A DNA stretch of 64,000 bases. Origin: a virus (taxonomy: Duplodnaviria > Caudoviricetes). The notes under the pieces were generated by a model. The model worked only from the letters and a program-made list of their open reading frames with translations. It searched no databases and was not told where the DNA came from. The position numbers and the translations under genes are program-made. The first letter of the stretch is position 1. The number at the start of each line of letters is the position of its first letter. This document shows, piece by piece, positions 9,846-19,276 of this stretch. Where the stretch lies: positions 1 through 64,000 of IMG/VR virus record IMGVR_UViG_3300037067_009025. One strand, written 5' to 3'.

Positions 9846-11051
9846 TTAATTACCTTCTCTAAGATTTAAAGCTCCACGAACATCTAAGTTCGCACTGAGC
9901 GGAACTACGCATAAAACCAATGTATCGGATACTCCCGCAATACTGGAACCCAAAGCAAACGGAATCCTTAAAGGAATATCTACATTGACCTGTTGAGCAG
10001 CTAAACCACATGCCAAAATCGTTCCATTCGTTACAGTATTTACCGTGGCTCCATACGCTGCTTGAATTGGGGTATTCGTGATGTCTCCATAAGTAAAAAC
10101 ATCCGCCACTGTAGGATTCAACATCAGTTGCCAATAAAATCTATCCGCAGTTTCACTCAATAAAGAAACTGATACTGGACGCACAGGATTAGAAAGATGT
10201 GTAGACTTCAATTGAACCCCTAAACAAGCATACATGGTTCCTGCTGTGTTAGCATCCACATGAGTAGCGGTAATCACACCAAAAGTTAAACCTACCTCTT
10301 CGGCTCCGCCCTCTGAAATAACACAACCACAAATCATTTTCAAAGTGCTGGCAGCACCAGTTCCAGTATTTTCAATCTCTCCACGTAAAGGAAGATTTGG
10401 TGTTGACATATAAACATCTGTCAATGAATTAGCATGAAGCATCTCGTGACAAATATAAAGTTTTCCGTCAATTTCAAAACCATAACGAACACGGCCAACC
10501 CCAAGCCATTGGAAATCAATTACGAAGATTTGGGTCTTTGTCAAATCTAATGTAATTCCGCTTGGGCCAGTTCCGTCCAACTTATCTTTATTCCAGTTGG
10601 TCTGATAAACTAAAGTATCCACAGCAGAACCACTCACATGTGTCCGTCTACCAACCGCAAAGCCTGTAGCATTATTCTCAAAGAAAAGACCATTATTCGC
10701 ATCAAGAGCACCTAATCGTTTAATCAAACCAGTCCCCGCTGCGCCCATAACCGCAGTCATAATAATATTCTGGCTTTTTCCAGGTTGATAATTAAACCGT
10801 TGACGGGTTTGCCGAATGCGTTTTCCTGCCGTTGTATTAGAAACCGATAAGCTCACACTCGCAGTATCCACGCTGTGAGCACTTGCCGTGCCACCACCAG
10901 AAGCCTCAACATCATCCCAAAATAAAGGAGCAGCATCATATAAACATTTGCTATCAAAAAGAGTGAGTGGTTGAGATACACGAAATTTTCCAAAAGCATC
11001 TACGGCTCCTGAGTCGGCCACACGGATTTTAGGTTCATTAAACAAACTCAT
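9846..11051 (-). CDS. probable virion structural protein (beta-rich)
   Basis: DAFGKFRVSQPLTLFDS and FNYQPGKS motifs seen in phage structural proteins; GGAGG RBS; end of the tail operon. Confidence 0.55.
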   Translation of the reverse strand: MSLFNEPKIRVADSGAVDAFGKFRVSQPLTLFDSKCLYDAAPLFWDDVEASGGGTASAHSVDTASVSLSVSNTTAGKRIRQTRQRFNYQPGKSQNIIMTAVMGAAGTGLIKRLGALDANNGLFFENNATGFAVGRRTHVSGSAVDTLVYQTNWNKDKLDGTGPSGITLDLTKTQIFVIDFQWLGVGRVRYGFEIDGKLYICHEMLHANSLTDVYMSTPNLPLRGEIENTGTGAASTLKMICGCVISEGGAEEVGLTFGVITATHVDANTAGTMYACLGVQLKSTHLSNPVRPVSVSLLSETADRFYWQLMLNPTVADVFTYGDITNTPIQAAYGATVNTVTNGTILACGLAAQQVNVDIPLRIPFALGSSIAGVSDTLVLCVVPLSANLDVRGALNLREGN

Positions 11052-11632
11052 TATAGTATCCTCCAATTACTTCCATCAGATTGAATGGTTAAATTATCAT
11101 TTGGAGTATCTATTTCACCCGTAAGTTCTCCATCAATAGTTTGAGAACCATCGGGCACCAACAAAACAGAATACGCCGTTTGGTCTACTTTCTTAATATT
11201 ATAAAGCCTACCCCGATTTAAAGTAGCATCAGGTAAAGTAATGGTTATATCCGCCGTGCTACATGTCACTAAAAGAGTGCCTTTAGTAGAGGCCAAGTGA
11301 TTCGAGGTTACTGATTCACTATCCGCATTTTGAACCAATAACAAAATCTCATCCCAACGAATTGCACCCACTCTAAAAGAACGAAAACCCAATAAGGTAT
11401 AATTTACAGACACACTCCCCGAAACAGCCCTAATCCTAATCTTTTGACACGCCGTTTCTGTATAAAAAGGAATTTGAGAAGGAACACTTTGATTAGAATC
11501 ATATCCATCCTCAGTATACTCAGCAAATTCAATGGCTGCATTTGCAAATAATCCAATGCTGGATATATCAAAGGAGGGAGTAAGTTCTGTCCACGCTGTA
11601 GTGACCACAACTGTGGCCCTTTGCGATAACAT
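11051..11632 (-). CDS. probable tail-associated protein
   Basis: C-terminal ITITLPDAT..GRLYNIKKVD..TIDG..LTIQSDGSNW module common in tail fibre proteins. Confidence 0.55.
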   Translation of the reverse strand: MLSQRATVVVTTAWTELTPSFDISSIGLFANAAIEFAEYTEDGYDSNQSVPSQIPFYTETACQKIRIRAVSGSVSVNYTLLGFRSFRVGAIRWDEILLLVQNADSESVTSNHLASTKGTLLVTCSTADITITLPDATLNRGRLYNIKKVDQTAYSVLLVPDGSQTIDGELTGEIDTPNDNLTIQSDGSNWRIL

Positions 11633-11641
11633 ATAAGCTCC

Positions 11642-14260
11642 TTATTTTTGACTATACAGAGCACTCTGCTCCAATAATCCAATTTTAACCAGAGACTCAT
11701 TAGCCCCTCGGCTTCGTTCTCGAATGACATCAAAGAACGGTAAGTCTTCATAGACCTTATTTGATAAATCAACCTTTGTCTTTTTCTTTGGCACATCATA
11801 CTCGATTTCATAAATCGTAAGACTACTGGCCTCACCTGAAGGCAAACTCGTCCCAGTAATGGACACCCGCCCAAGTAATTCCAAATCCAGGTCAAGACTA
11901 TCTTTTTCGAGCACCCCACCAGACACTGGTTGATAAAATTGTTGAATCTCAGTTAAATATTGAGACATCAGAGCCGTATCGTCTACAGAAGTAATATTTG
12001 GCCCACTTACTTTTTTAAACTCTGGTCTCTTAATAACCTCAACGCCACCTGTTAATCCCGTATCTACAGAAACTTGAATCGGACTTCTATCCTGTGTAGC
12101 ATACTGAACCGTAAAAGTATAATCTGTTTGACCAGTCACTTGCCCCCCACCAGCCTGATAAGGCGAAGTAACAAATTCTGAAGGAACAATTGTCCCAGTT
12201 CCAAACTTAGTAGTATCCAGTTCGGCAATAATTCTTCCACCACCTGGTGCAGCTTGAAAACTGACAATCGGCAATTCCACAGTTGTATTCTGAGTAACTG
12301 TCCCACTGATTCCAACACCCGATAGTTGTGAAGTATATGACATCTTCACGATAGCGTTTTTACTGGGGTCAGATAACAGTTTATCCAACAACTGGTCTGT
12401 GGTATTAAAAACAAAATAGAAAAAGCGAGAAGTTCCATAAATACTAATCGTTTTATAATACCAATAAAATCCTGTTGAACCTGCGTTCGCTGGATTTACA
12501 GGGCCCTGAGAGCGGTCTCTAATCGTAGCAATATGCTCTCTCAAGGCAAAATCCCCTGTAAGAACGATTCTACTTCTGGAACGACCATAATCAGTAATGG
12601 GTTCACAATCCATAACACGATAATCACCAGAACCCACAGCCGTTCCCTCCGCAGGAATAGGAATATTCTTAATAAAACTCCCCGAATCCGTTGCTCTAAC
12701 ATTCAACCTCCCATAACGGTCAACGTAAGAGACATATTTCCCATAATATTTCGTGGCCCATTCTAAAACGTTATTCAGGGGCTCATAAACCCACTCAATA
12801 GGAGGAGCAGGAGTATCAGGTAAATCTACTATGGCGTCTGGAATACCTGCAACGTTTAAAATCTCCTTCAAAACTCTCTCATAAGTTTTTTCTGTAGACC
12901 CACCAATTTGCGGTGGCTTATAAAAATAAAAAGAAGGAGAATAAAATTGATTAAAATAATAAGATAAATCCCTACACTCGTAAGTAATTTCTTGAGTGCC
13001 AGAATTTAATTTTCTCTTTCTGCTCACTACATATCCCGTGAATACTGGTTTGCTTTGATGATTATCATCAAAGACATAACCAAAAATTTTCTGACCAATT
13101 GTTAAAGAGGGTGTAGCATCAAATTTTGCTACCTCCACAACAGACATCGTGCTGCCTTCCACACTAAGCCTAACCTTGTCAATGTAGAGAGCGACACTGT
13201 TTGGAAATACCCCAGATTCTGTTACTAAACCGCCACCAGCAGAAACAAAACTGTTATAGTTTGAACCAGTAAGAAAAACAGAATCAAAAGGTAAATTAGA
13301 ATTTCCATACATAGTATTGGTTCTATTCATCCCCTGACTTCCAGAACCTAAACCAGAACCCGACATACCCGAGCCTGCTTGACTGGAACGGTCTTCAGGG
13401 TCACCATCAGTTCCATTAGCTTGCTGCGTCTCATCAGGATTACCCCAATCCCCCGTCCCACTACCCGCCACAATTGACTTAACCCAAATTTTTAAATACA
13501 TGGGCACGCTTCTACCATTACTTACGCAAGTATTGATAGCACAATCCTTCACTGTCTGGGGAAAATTCGCACCTGCTTCGTCATTGGTGACACCTTTAAT
13601 ATTGGTATTTTCCAAGTTTAAGCGGTTAAAAATAGTCTCATCATTGGGATAAGCTGGCCCATAAGGCGTTACTAAGTCATCATATCCCAATTTAGTTAAA
13701 TATTCAAACAATTGCTTTACAACCTCTTCTCCACTATGCTTTGTATCTTGATAAGCTGAATTGATTTCATCCAGGCTGACCAGTCCCTCTTTTACCAAAT
13801 CAATTTGATTCTCACCACTGGCATCCGTAAAACGAACAGCCCCGATAGCATAAAATTTTGGATTATGAGTAGCTCTGACTGCTGCTAAAGCTGCCTCCCA
13901 ATCTACTTCAATATTGGTATCAGTTAATACCGCTACCGTCGTTGTGCCAATATCCACATGAGACCAAGACGCAAAAGGACGATACATAATTGCAAAGCTC
14001 TTACGAATAATATAAGCAGAACCATTCTGATATAAACAGAACTGGCGTCCAATACTCGCACTTCCACCATCATTCCAGGCCCCAACAGAAGAAGAACTTC
14101 CGCATAATGAAGGAGTAGTGGAATTAGTAGGAATATCAAATCCAGCCCCAGTCAACCAGGAACTGGAAGTAGTTTTGGTTCTCCAATGTAATGGAATAAC
14201 AACAGGAACTTCTGCTACGAAGCCCGAGTTTTCATCCAGTAAATAAAATGCCTCTGCCAT
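11642..14260 (-). CDS. tail hub / baseplate (Tal-like) protein
   Basis: 872 aa downstream of the tape measure; FTGYV..RKR..ITYECRDL..VDRYGRLNVR hub-like segment. Confidence 0.6.
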   Translation of the reverse strand: MAEAFYLLDENSGFVAEVPVVIPLHWRTKTTSSSWLTGAGFDIPTNSTTPSLCGSSSSVGAWNDGGSASIGRQFCLYQNGSAYIIRKSFAIMYRPFASWSHVDIGTTTVAVLTDTNIEVDWEAALAAVRATHNPKFYAIGAVRFTDASGENQIDLVKEGLVSLDEINSAYQDTKHSGEEVVKQLFEYLTKLGYDDLVTPYGPAYPNDETIFNRLNLENTNIKGVTNDEAGANFPQTVKDCAINTCVSNGRSVPMYLKIWVKSIVAGSGTGDWGNPDETQQANGTDGDPEDRSSQAGSGMSGSGLGSGSQGMNRTNTMYGNSNLPFDSVFLTGSNYNSFVSAGGGLVTESGVFPNSVALYIDKVRLSVEGSTMSVVEVAKFDATPSLTIGQKIFGYVFDDNHQSKPVFTGYVVSRKRKLNSGTQEITYECRDLSYYFNQFYSPSFYFYKPPQIGGSTEKTYERVLKEILNVAGIPDAIVDLPDTPAPPIEWVYEPLNNVLEWATKYYGKYVSYVDRYGRLNVRATDSGSFIKNIPIPAEGTAVGSGDYRVMDCEPITDYGRSRSRIVLTGDFALREHIATIRDRSQGPVNPANAGSTGFYWYYKTISIYGTSRFFYFVFNTTDQLLDKLLSDPSKNAIVKMSYTSQLSGVGISGTVTQNTTVELPIVSFQAAPGGGRIIAELDTTKFGTGTIVPSEFVTSPYQAGGGQVTGQTDYTFTVQYATQDRSPIQVSVDTGLTGGVEVIKRPEFKKVSGPNITSVDDTALMSQYLTEIQQFYQPVSGGVLEKDSLDLDLELLGRVSITGTSLPSGEASSLTIYEIEYDVPKKKTKVDLSNKVYEDLPFFDVIRERSRGANESLVKIGLLEQSALYSQK

Positions 14261-14272
14261 ATCAATTTCTCC

Positions 14273-17200
14273 TTATAAGGGGTCTTCCCAATCATCAGAA
14301 GTTATGGTGAAATCTAACGAAGTAAAACCATGAATCTCACCAGGTAAAATTTCAATAGTTTCATCGGGGTCAATTAAATCTACCCCTCCTATAGAATCCT
14401 TTAATTCCCATTCACGAATCTGAACATAATTTCCCCCAGAAGTTGCCGTAATATACAAACGATAAGAAGCGTAACTTCCAGGTGTATCTATTGTAAAAGT
14501 AAATGGGCCATCAGCAGCAAAGGTATAACCCGTCACTACGTCCAAATCAGTCCAAGTTCCACCACCATCATTACTCCCCTGTAATTTCCATGCTGTTGGT
14601 TTGGAATTAGCATCAGCGGTTCGGACTTGAATGGTATATTCTACTACTGTTTTCTTATTAGCAATACCAAATTCATGCTGTAACCAAGCAGGAAGTGGGC
14701 CAGCAAGCGGAGAAGTCCAATAGCTGCCTGCCACATCATCTACTGCATTTTCAGGAATATCGGCACCAGCATAACCACTTCCAGAAAACGGATTAGCAGT
14801 AACAACCATACTACGCCAAATATTATAAATGGTCTTAGTAGGACTCCATTTTGACCTCAAGAATCTACCCGCCACATCATAAACCCTGACTTCAATAATT
14901 CTGTCTTCAGCAGTTTCAATCGGAACACTTGCTTCTGGAATGGCAGACAAGGTAGTTGAAAAATTCACATCATAACTCGAAAAATCGGCAGCCTGAGTCG
15001 TGATAGAATATTCAATAACCCACAAAGGAATAAAATCCTCAATAGATTCGGTAATCCCAGACCCTGGTGTTTCATTAACATATTCTTGAAATTCTAAAAC
15101 ACCACTTTTGGTATTGAATCCAAATAATACACGAAACATAACATCAAAACTACTAAAATCAGGGTCTACAGTATAAGGATTCCCAGCCCAAGTATATTTT
15201 TTATTCTGATAATAAACGCTTCCAGCAGCTACTGTAATCGTCTTATTCGTGCTATTCGTAGTAACAGTTTCAAATCCAGAATAAATCGTGGGAACTTCAG
15301 TCTTCTCTAAAATATCGTTATAATAGACCTCTACCCGATTAAAGGGAACATCGTCCTCATAAATAATCCGAGCCTTTTCCCCCAAATATTGAATGCTGGC
15401 GTCAACTGCCCCTTCTGCATAGAGAATACTGAAAGCATCTTCGACAATATTATTTCCTAATTGATATTGAACTTTCATGGAATATGTTCCAGTGGTTTTC
15501 CCATCAAAATCCAAACTCAATTTTTGAGTATCGGCAATGGTCAACCAAGCAGTCCAGGTTGCCCCATTATCAAAACTATAACGGTAATACTTCGCCCCTA
15601 ACCAACAATCTAATTCTAAGACCGAAGTATAAGTGACGATTTTTTCAAACGCATCTAATTCATCAATACCACAATCAAAATACCCAGTGCCCGCATCAGG
15701 GTCAGAGCGATAGTTAGTCTTGATTTTAATACGATACCACCGATAAGCAATATCGTTATCAAACTCAAAATCTTGATACGAAGGAACGGCTAAAACTTGG
15801 GAACCAAAAATACCTTCCCAATCAGCATCGTCCGACAAATCGGGCGCAGCCAGATTGGAACCCCAAATTTCAAAATCCTTCATATAAACACCATTCTGGT
15901 TATTAAATGGCTGAATACTAAATTTGGTAATAATTTTTTCATTACCCAATCCAAAATCATATCCCCAAGACCGAGGTAATCCACTTGGGTCATTAGAATG
16001 CGGAGCAGTTGCCCAATAGCTGTTAAAGTTATCAATACCATCTATTGCTTTATAAGCTGTGCTATCGTTTTCATCCGCATGTGCAGAAGCACCTGTGGTC
16101 ATTAAATTGGTATCACCAGAAACTTCTGATACAAGCTGTTTTGAAAAATATTCTGGAAAATCAGCCATATAAGGCGTAGTCACTGGACGCACTTCAAATA
16201 CGTGAAAAACTTCAAATACATCTTGAACACGAATTCTAAAATGGTCAACGACTCCATCCGTATAAGGCGAAAATCTAATCCTGCTATTATAAAAATTTCC
16301 CCTCTCCAAAGTAGGAGTCAAGGGAATTTCCTGACCATTTGTATCAATAACTTTTAAATAATCCGCAGCAAGCACTGGTTGATTTAATTCAATATACCAG
16401 TCATCCGCAGAATTAAATAAATGTTCTCTATTTCTACCGAAATATTCAATTGAATTTTGTTTATTACCAATCCCCACTACTTCCAAATCAAATGGAAATG
16501 TCATTTGATATAAGTCAACTTTTAAATCATCCGCATCAGTGGCGACCGCAGTCACGTGAACATCCAACTCATCTAAAGGACTGAGAATGGTATCCATGAG
16601 AACATAGTGTAATTTTGTATATTCTAAGCTGTCCGCAGCAATATTTAACGTGCTCTTCAGAATTCCATTAACATAAATTTCAATCGTCGTTGTTCCAGAA
16701 CTACCCGTATCCTTCATGGTCACCGTAAAACCAGGAAAACAACCAGACCACGCAACTGGAACTTTACTATTTTTAATCGAAGGTGTTTCAAAATAAATTG
16801 GATAATGAACCAGATTAGGAATAAACTTATGACTTAAACTGGTAAACCACTCTAAACCTGGTGTAGTTTCATTTGCCTCAATAGCAACCCATTCCAATGA
16901 CGGGGCCTTTTGTAACATACCCGAAGCCAACCATTCCAGAGAAGGGGTAAGTTGAAATTGCTCAATAGGCTCAGTTTCTTCTGTCCCAAAACTCAGTAGA
17001 GCTAAATTATCACTCTCAATACGAGCCTTTCTCCAAGCAGCACTTCGAGCAATACCAATGGACATACGAACTTCATCCATGTAAGCCGAAGACATATAAT
17101 TGATTGTCGAATGACCCCCGAAAACCCAGCCCTGAGCTCTATCTAAGAACCCATCCGCATCCGTATCCGAAGTGCCTAATTGCACATTATCTTTATAAAT

Positions 17201-18880
17201 GGAAAAAGAGGTGCCACTACGCACAACTTCAATATCATAAACTTGACCAGTAGAAAAAGAGGGGGACTCACCAAAGTCAATAATATTTCCAGAGTTATAA
17301 TCCCTAAATCTTAAAGTTCCACTTTCAAGAGCAAAATAAAAATAACTGGTTCCACTGGTATCTCTGCCAATAAAACACTGATTACCACCAGTAGACGTAA
17401 GGTAGAGTTTAAAGCTCCAAGTTAAATCTGCTGTCCCTGGTTCCAACGAAGCAGCATCTGGAACATCAATTCTACTGGTAGCAAATTTCTGACTGTGACC
17501 AAGAATCAATTCAGATTGAGTAACTGTGCCTGTCCCTACTCTGGCATCATTATTATTAGAAGTAGAATCTTTATACTCACCTACGACGCCCTGGCCCTCC
17601 TCACCCAAATGCCATACACCTTTATGATATGTATCCCAAACATTCTCAGGGTCTTCCGTTGGAGAAGTTTCAGAAGCATTCCCATAATAAATATAAAAAG
17701 TAGTATCCACAGTATCATCAACTGTTGGAATTTTTACCCAAAAAAATGCTTGAGTAATATCTGGAACAGGAGATGTGGATTCCATCATTTCCGCTTCATA
17801 GATACCTAACATCGTATGACCCACCATCCAAGAAGTGGTCATGTAAATTCGGTAATATCTATAAGCAGTAGTGTTGGCAAAATAATAAGTTTCCCAACTA
17901 TTGGAATTAGCATGTTGCCCCGTATAAAGGGTATCCCAGTTGGTATTATCATTTGAACCATCAATATGAAAATCTTTGATGGAGTTTCCCCAGGCATTAT
18001 TGTAAGGACGGAACCGCACTTTAGTAACTGTTTTTGTGACGCCTGCCCCTAAGTCATATTTCCACCAGTGGTCACCCGCAGTATCAGTAGAGTTTCCAAA
18101 AGTTCCTTCATTATTATCCACGACATTGGCAGGAGTAGCCCAGGCTCCCCCGTTGGTATCACCAGAAGCCGTGCCCCCCGTAAGAATATCAGAACCATAA
18201 AGAGGCCCATCATAAAGAATATCGTCCAACTCATGTTTTAATTCAGTGCTCCCATCAGCAGCCGTAAATTTTACATCATTCAAATCAGCCCGAGCTTTAC
18301 TAAAATCGAAATTAGCAGCATTGACAGAGGCTTCGTGCATTGCAAATTCTTTGATTTGCACATACACACCACCGCTGGTGGCCGTAATATAAAGCCGATA
18401 ATACCTGTATGCTGTAGAGTTGGAAAACAAATAGGTATTAGGGCCGTCTCCTACAAAGGTCTGTCCCGTTTGAGAATCCAAGACAGTTTCCTCACCAGCG
18501 AAGGCCCCAGTATTACTTCCTTGTAATTGCCACGCAGTTGGCTTACCATTTGGGTCACTCGACCGAATAGTGACCACATATTTTCTAACTGTTTTAGAAT
18601 TACCTACGCCCAAATCTACTTTGAGCCAACGAGGAGGGGTTCCCGAGGTTGCGGAAGTCCAAAAAGTTGCAGTATTCGCATCAATGGCATTACCCGCAAC
18701 TTCAGACCCATTTTCAGAATCTGCGGTTGCAGTAGCACCAATACAAACGTTTGTAGCCAGATAAGTAAAAAGGTCTGCGTGAAGGTGAACTAAGACAGGA
18801 AAATCCGTAAGGTCTGCGTCAATTTTAGACGCATCAACGGTAAGCTCTTTTCTGTAGCTGTAGCCAGTAAGCCAAGCCAT
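14273..18880 (-). CDS. large tail adhesin / receptor-binding protein with split DUF2341, four F5/8-type-C (discoidin) domains and a LamG domain
   Basis: WLTGYSYRKELT..DFPVL, DVKF..ELKHE, FWVKIP..YIYYGN (DUF2341); repeated W..Q/DFG..K..LQGSND..Y..YRLYI; MDEVRMS..ARSAAW (LamG). Confidence 0.75.
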   Translation of the reverse strand: MAWLTGYSYRKELTVDASKIDADLTDFPVLVHLHADLFTYLATNVCIGATATADSENGSEVAGNAIDANTATFWTSATSGTPPRWLKVDLGVGNSKTVRKYVVTIRSSDPNGKPTAWQLQGSNTGAFAGEETVLDSQTGQTFVGDGPNTYLFSNSTAYRYYRLYITATSGGVYVQIKEFAMHEASVNAANFDFSKARADLNDVKFTAADGSTELKHELDDILYDGPLYGSDILTGGTASGDTNGGAWATPANVVDNNEGTFGNSTDTAGDHWWKYDLGAGVTKTVTKVRFRPYNNAWGNSIKDFHIDGSNDNTNWDTLYTGQHANSNSWETYYFANTTAYRYYRIYMTTSWMVGHTMLGIYEAEMMESTSPVPDITQAFFWVKIPTVDDTVDTTFYIYYGNASETSPTEDPENVWDTYHKGVWHLGEEGQGVVGEYKDSTSNNNDARVGTGTVTQSELILGHSQKFATSRIDVPDAASLEPGTADLTWSFKLYLTSTGGNQCFIGRDTSGTSYFYFALESGTLRFRDYNSGNIIDFGESPSFSTGQVYDIEVVRSGTSFSIYKDNVQLGTSDTDADGFLDRAQGWVFGGHSTINYMSSAYMDEVRMSIGIARSAAWRKARIESDNLALLSFGTEETEPIEQFQLTPSLEWLASGMLQKAPSLEWVAIEANETTPGLEWFTSLSHKFIPNLVHYPIYFETPSIKNSKVPVAWSGCFPGFTVTMKDTGSSGTTTIEIYVNGILKSTLNIAADSLEYTKLHYVLMDTILSPLDELDVHVTAVATDADDLKVDLYQMTFPFDLEVVGIGNKQNSIEYFGRNREHLFNSADDWYIELNQPVLAADYLKVIDTNGQEIPLTPTLERGNFYNSRIRFSPYTDGVVDHFRIRVQDVFEVFHVFEVRPVTTPYMADFPEYFSKQLVSEVSGDTNLMTTGASAHADENDSTAYKAIDGIDNFNSYWATAPHSNDPSGLPRSWGYDFGLGNEKIITKFSIQPFNNQNGVYMKDFEIWGSNLAAPDLSDDADWEGIFGSQVLAVPSYQDFEFDNDIAYRWYRIKIKTNYRSDPDAGTGYFDCGIDELDAFEKIVTYTSVLELDCWLGAKYYRYSFDNGATWTAWLTIADTQKLSLDFDGKTTGTYSMKVQYQLGNNIVEDAFSILYAEGAVDASIQYLGEKARIIYEDDVPFNRVEVYYNDILEKTEVPTIYSGFETVTTNSTNKTITVAAGSVYYQNKKYTWAGNPYTVDPDFSSFDVMFRVLFGFNTKSGVLEFQEYVNETPGSGITESIEDFIPLWVIEYSITTQAADFSSYDVNFSTTLSAIPEASVPIETAEDRIIEVRVYDVAGRFLRSKWSPTKTIYNIWRSMVVTANPFSGSGYAGADIPENAVDDVAGSYWTSPLAGPLPAWLQHEFGIANKKTVVEYTIQVRTADANSKPTAWKLQGSNDGGGTWTDLDVVTGYTFAADGPFTFTIDTPGSYASYRLYITATSGGNYVQIREWELKDSIGGVDLIDPDETIEILPGEIHGFTSLDFTITSDDWEDPL

Positions 18881-18897
18881 ATCAAATCACCTTTCCC

Positions 18898-19275
18898 TTA
18901 AAGACTCTTGACAAATTTGAACGTGAAGGTGTTAGACTTCAAATCCTGTTCATCCTGGTCAAAGCCTTCGAGGTAACAATTCGTCAATGTAAATGTTCCA
19001 TCAATAACCAAACTCCCAGGAGCAACTAAGTCCAAGCTGGTGTCAATATTACCAAAATATTGTTCCAAAGCAACACGAGTTGCTTCTGCTTTAACACCCC
19101 GAACAGTAATGGATAAAATTCCACCACCCATCTCTTCGGTAGACCGAATGATGGCTCCTTTCGCCCGAGGAACAATACGCACATCATTATTCCCCTGATA
19201 AGAAAAAGAAATAAAAGCATGGTCTCCAAGAGAAATGCTTTTCCAAGTCACACGATTTGTGGCAGAAATACTCAT
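18898..19275 (-). CDS. probable distal tail protein (Dit-like)
   Basis: 125 aa beta-rich protein immediately after the tape measure; assigned by synteny only. Confidence 0.45.
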   Translation of the reverse strand: MSISATNRVTWKSISLGDHAFISFSYQGNNDVRIVPRAKGAIIRSTEEMGGGILSITVRGVKAEATRVALEQYFGNIDTSLDLVAPGSLVIDGTFTLTNCYLEGFDQDEQDLKSNTFTFKFVKSL

Positions 19276-19276
19276 T

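Noticed and set aside
14273-18880. Diversity-generating retroelement target
   Set aside because: The duplicated discoidin domains differ at all base types, there is no near-identical template repeat, and no reverse transcriptase is in the window.
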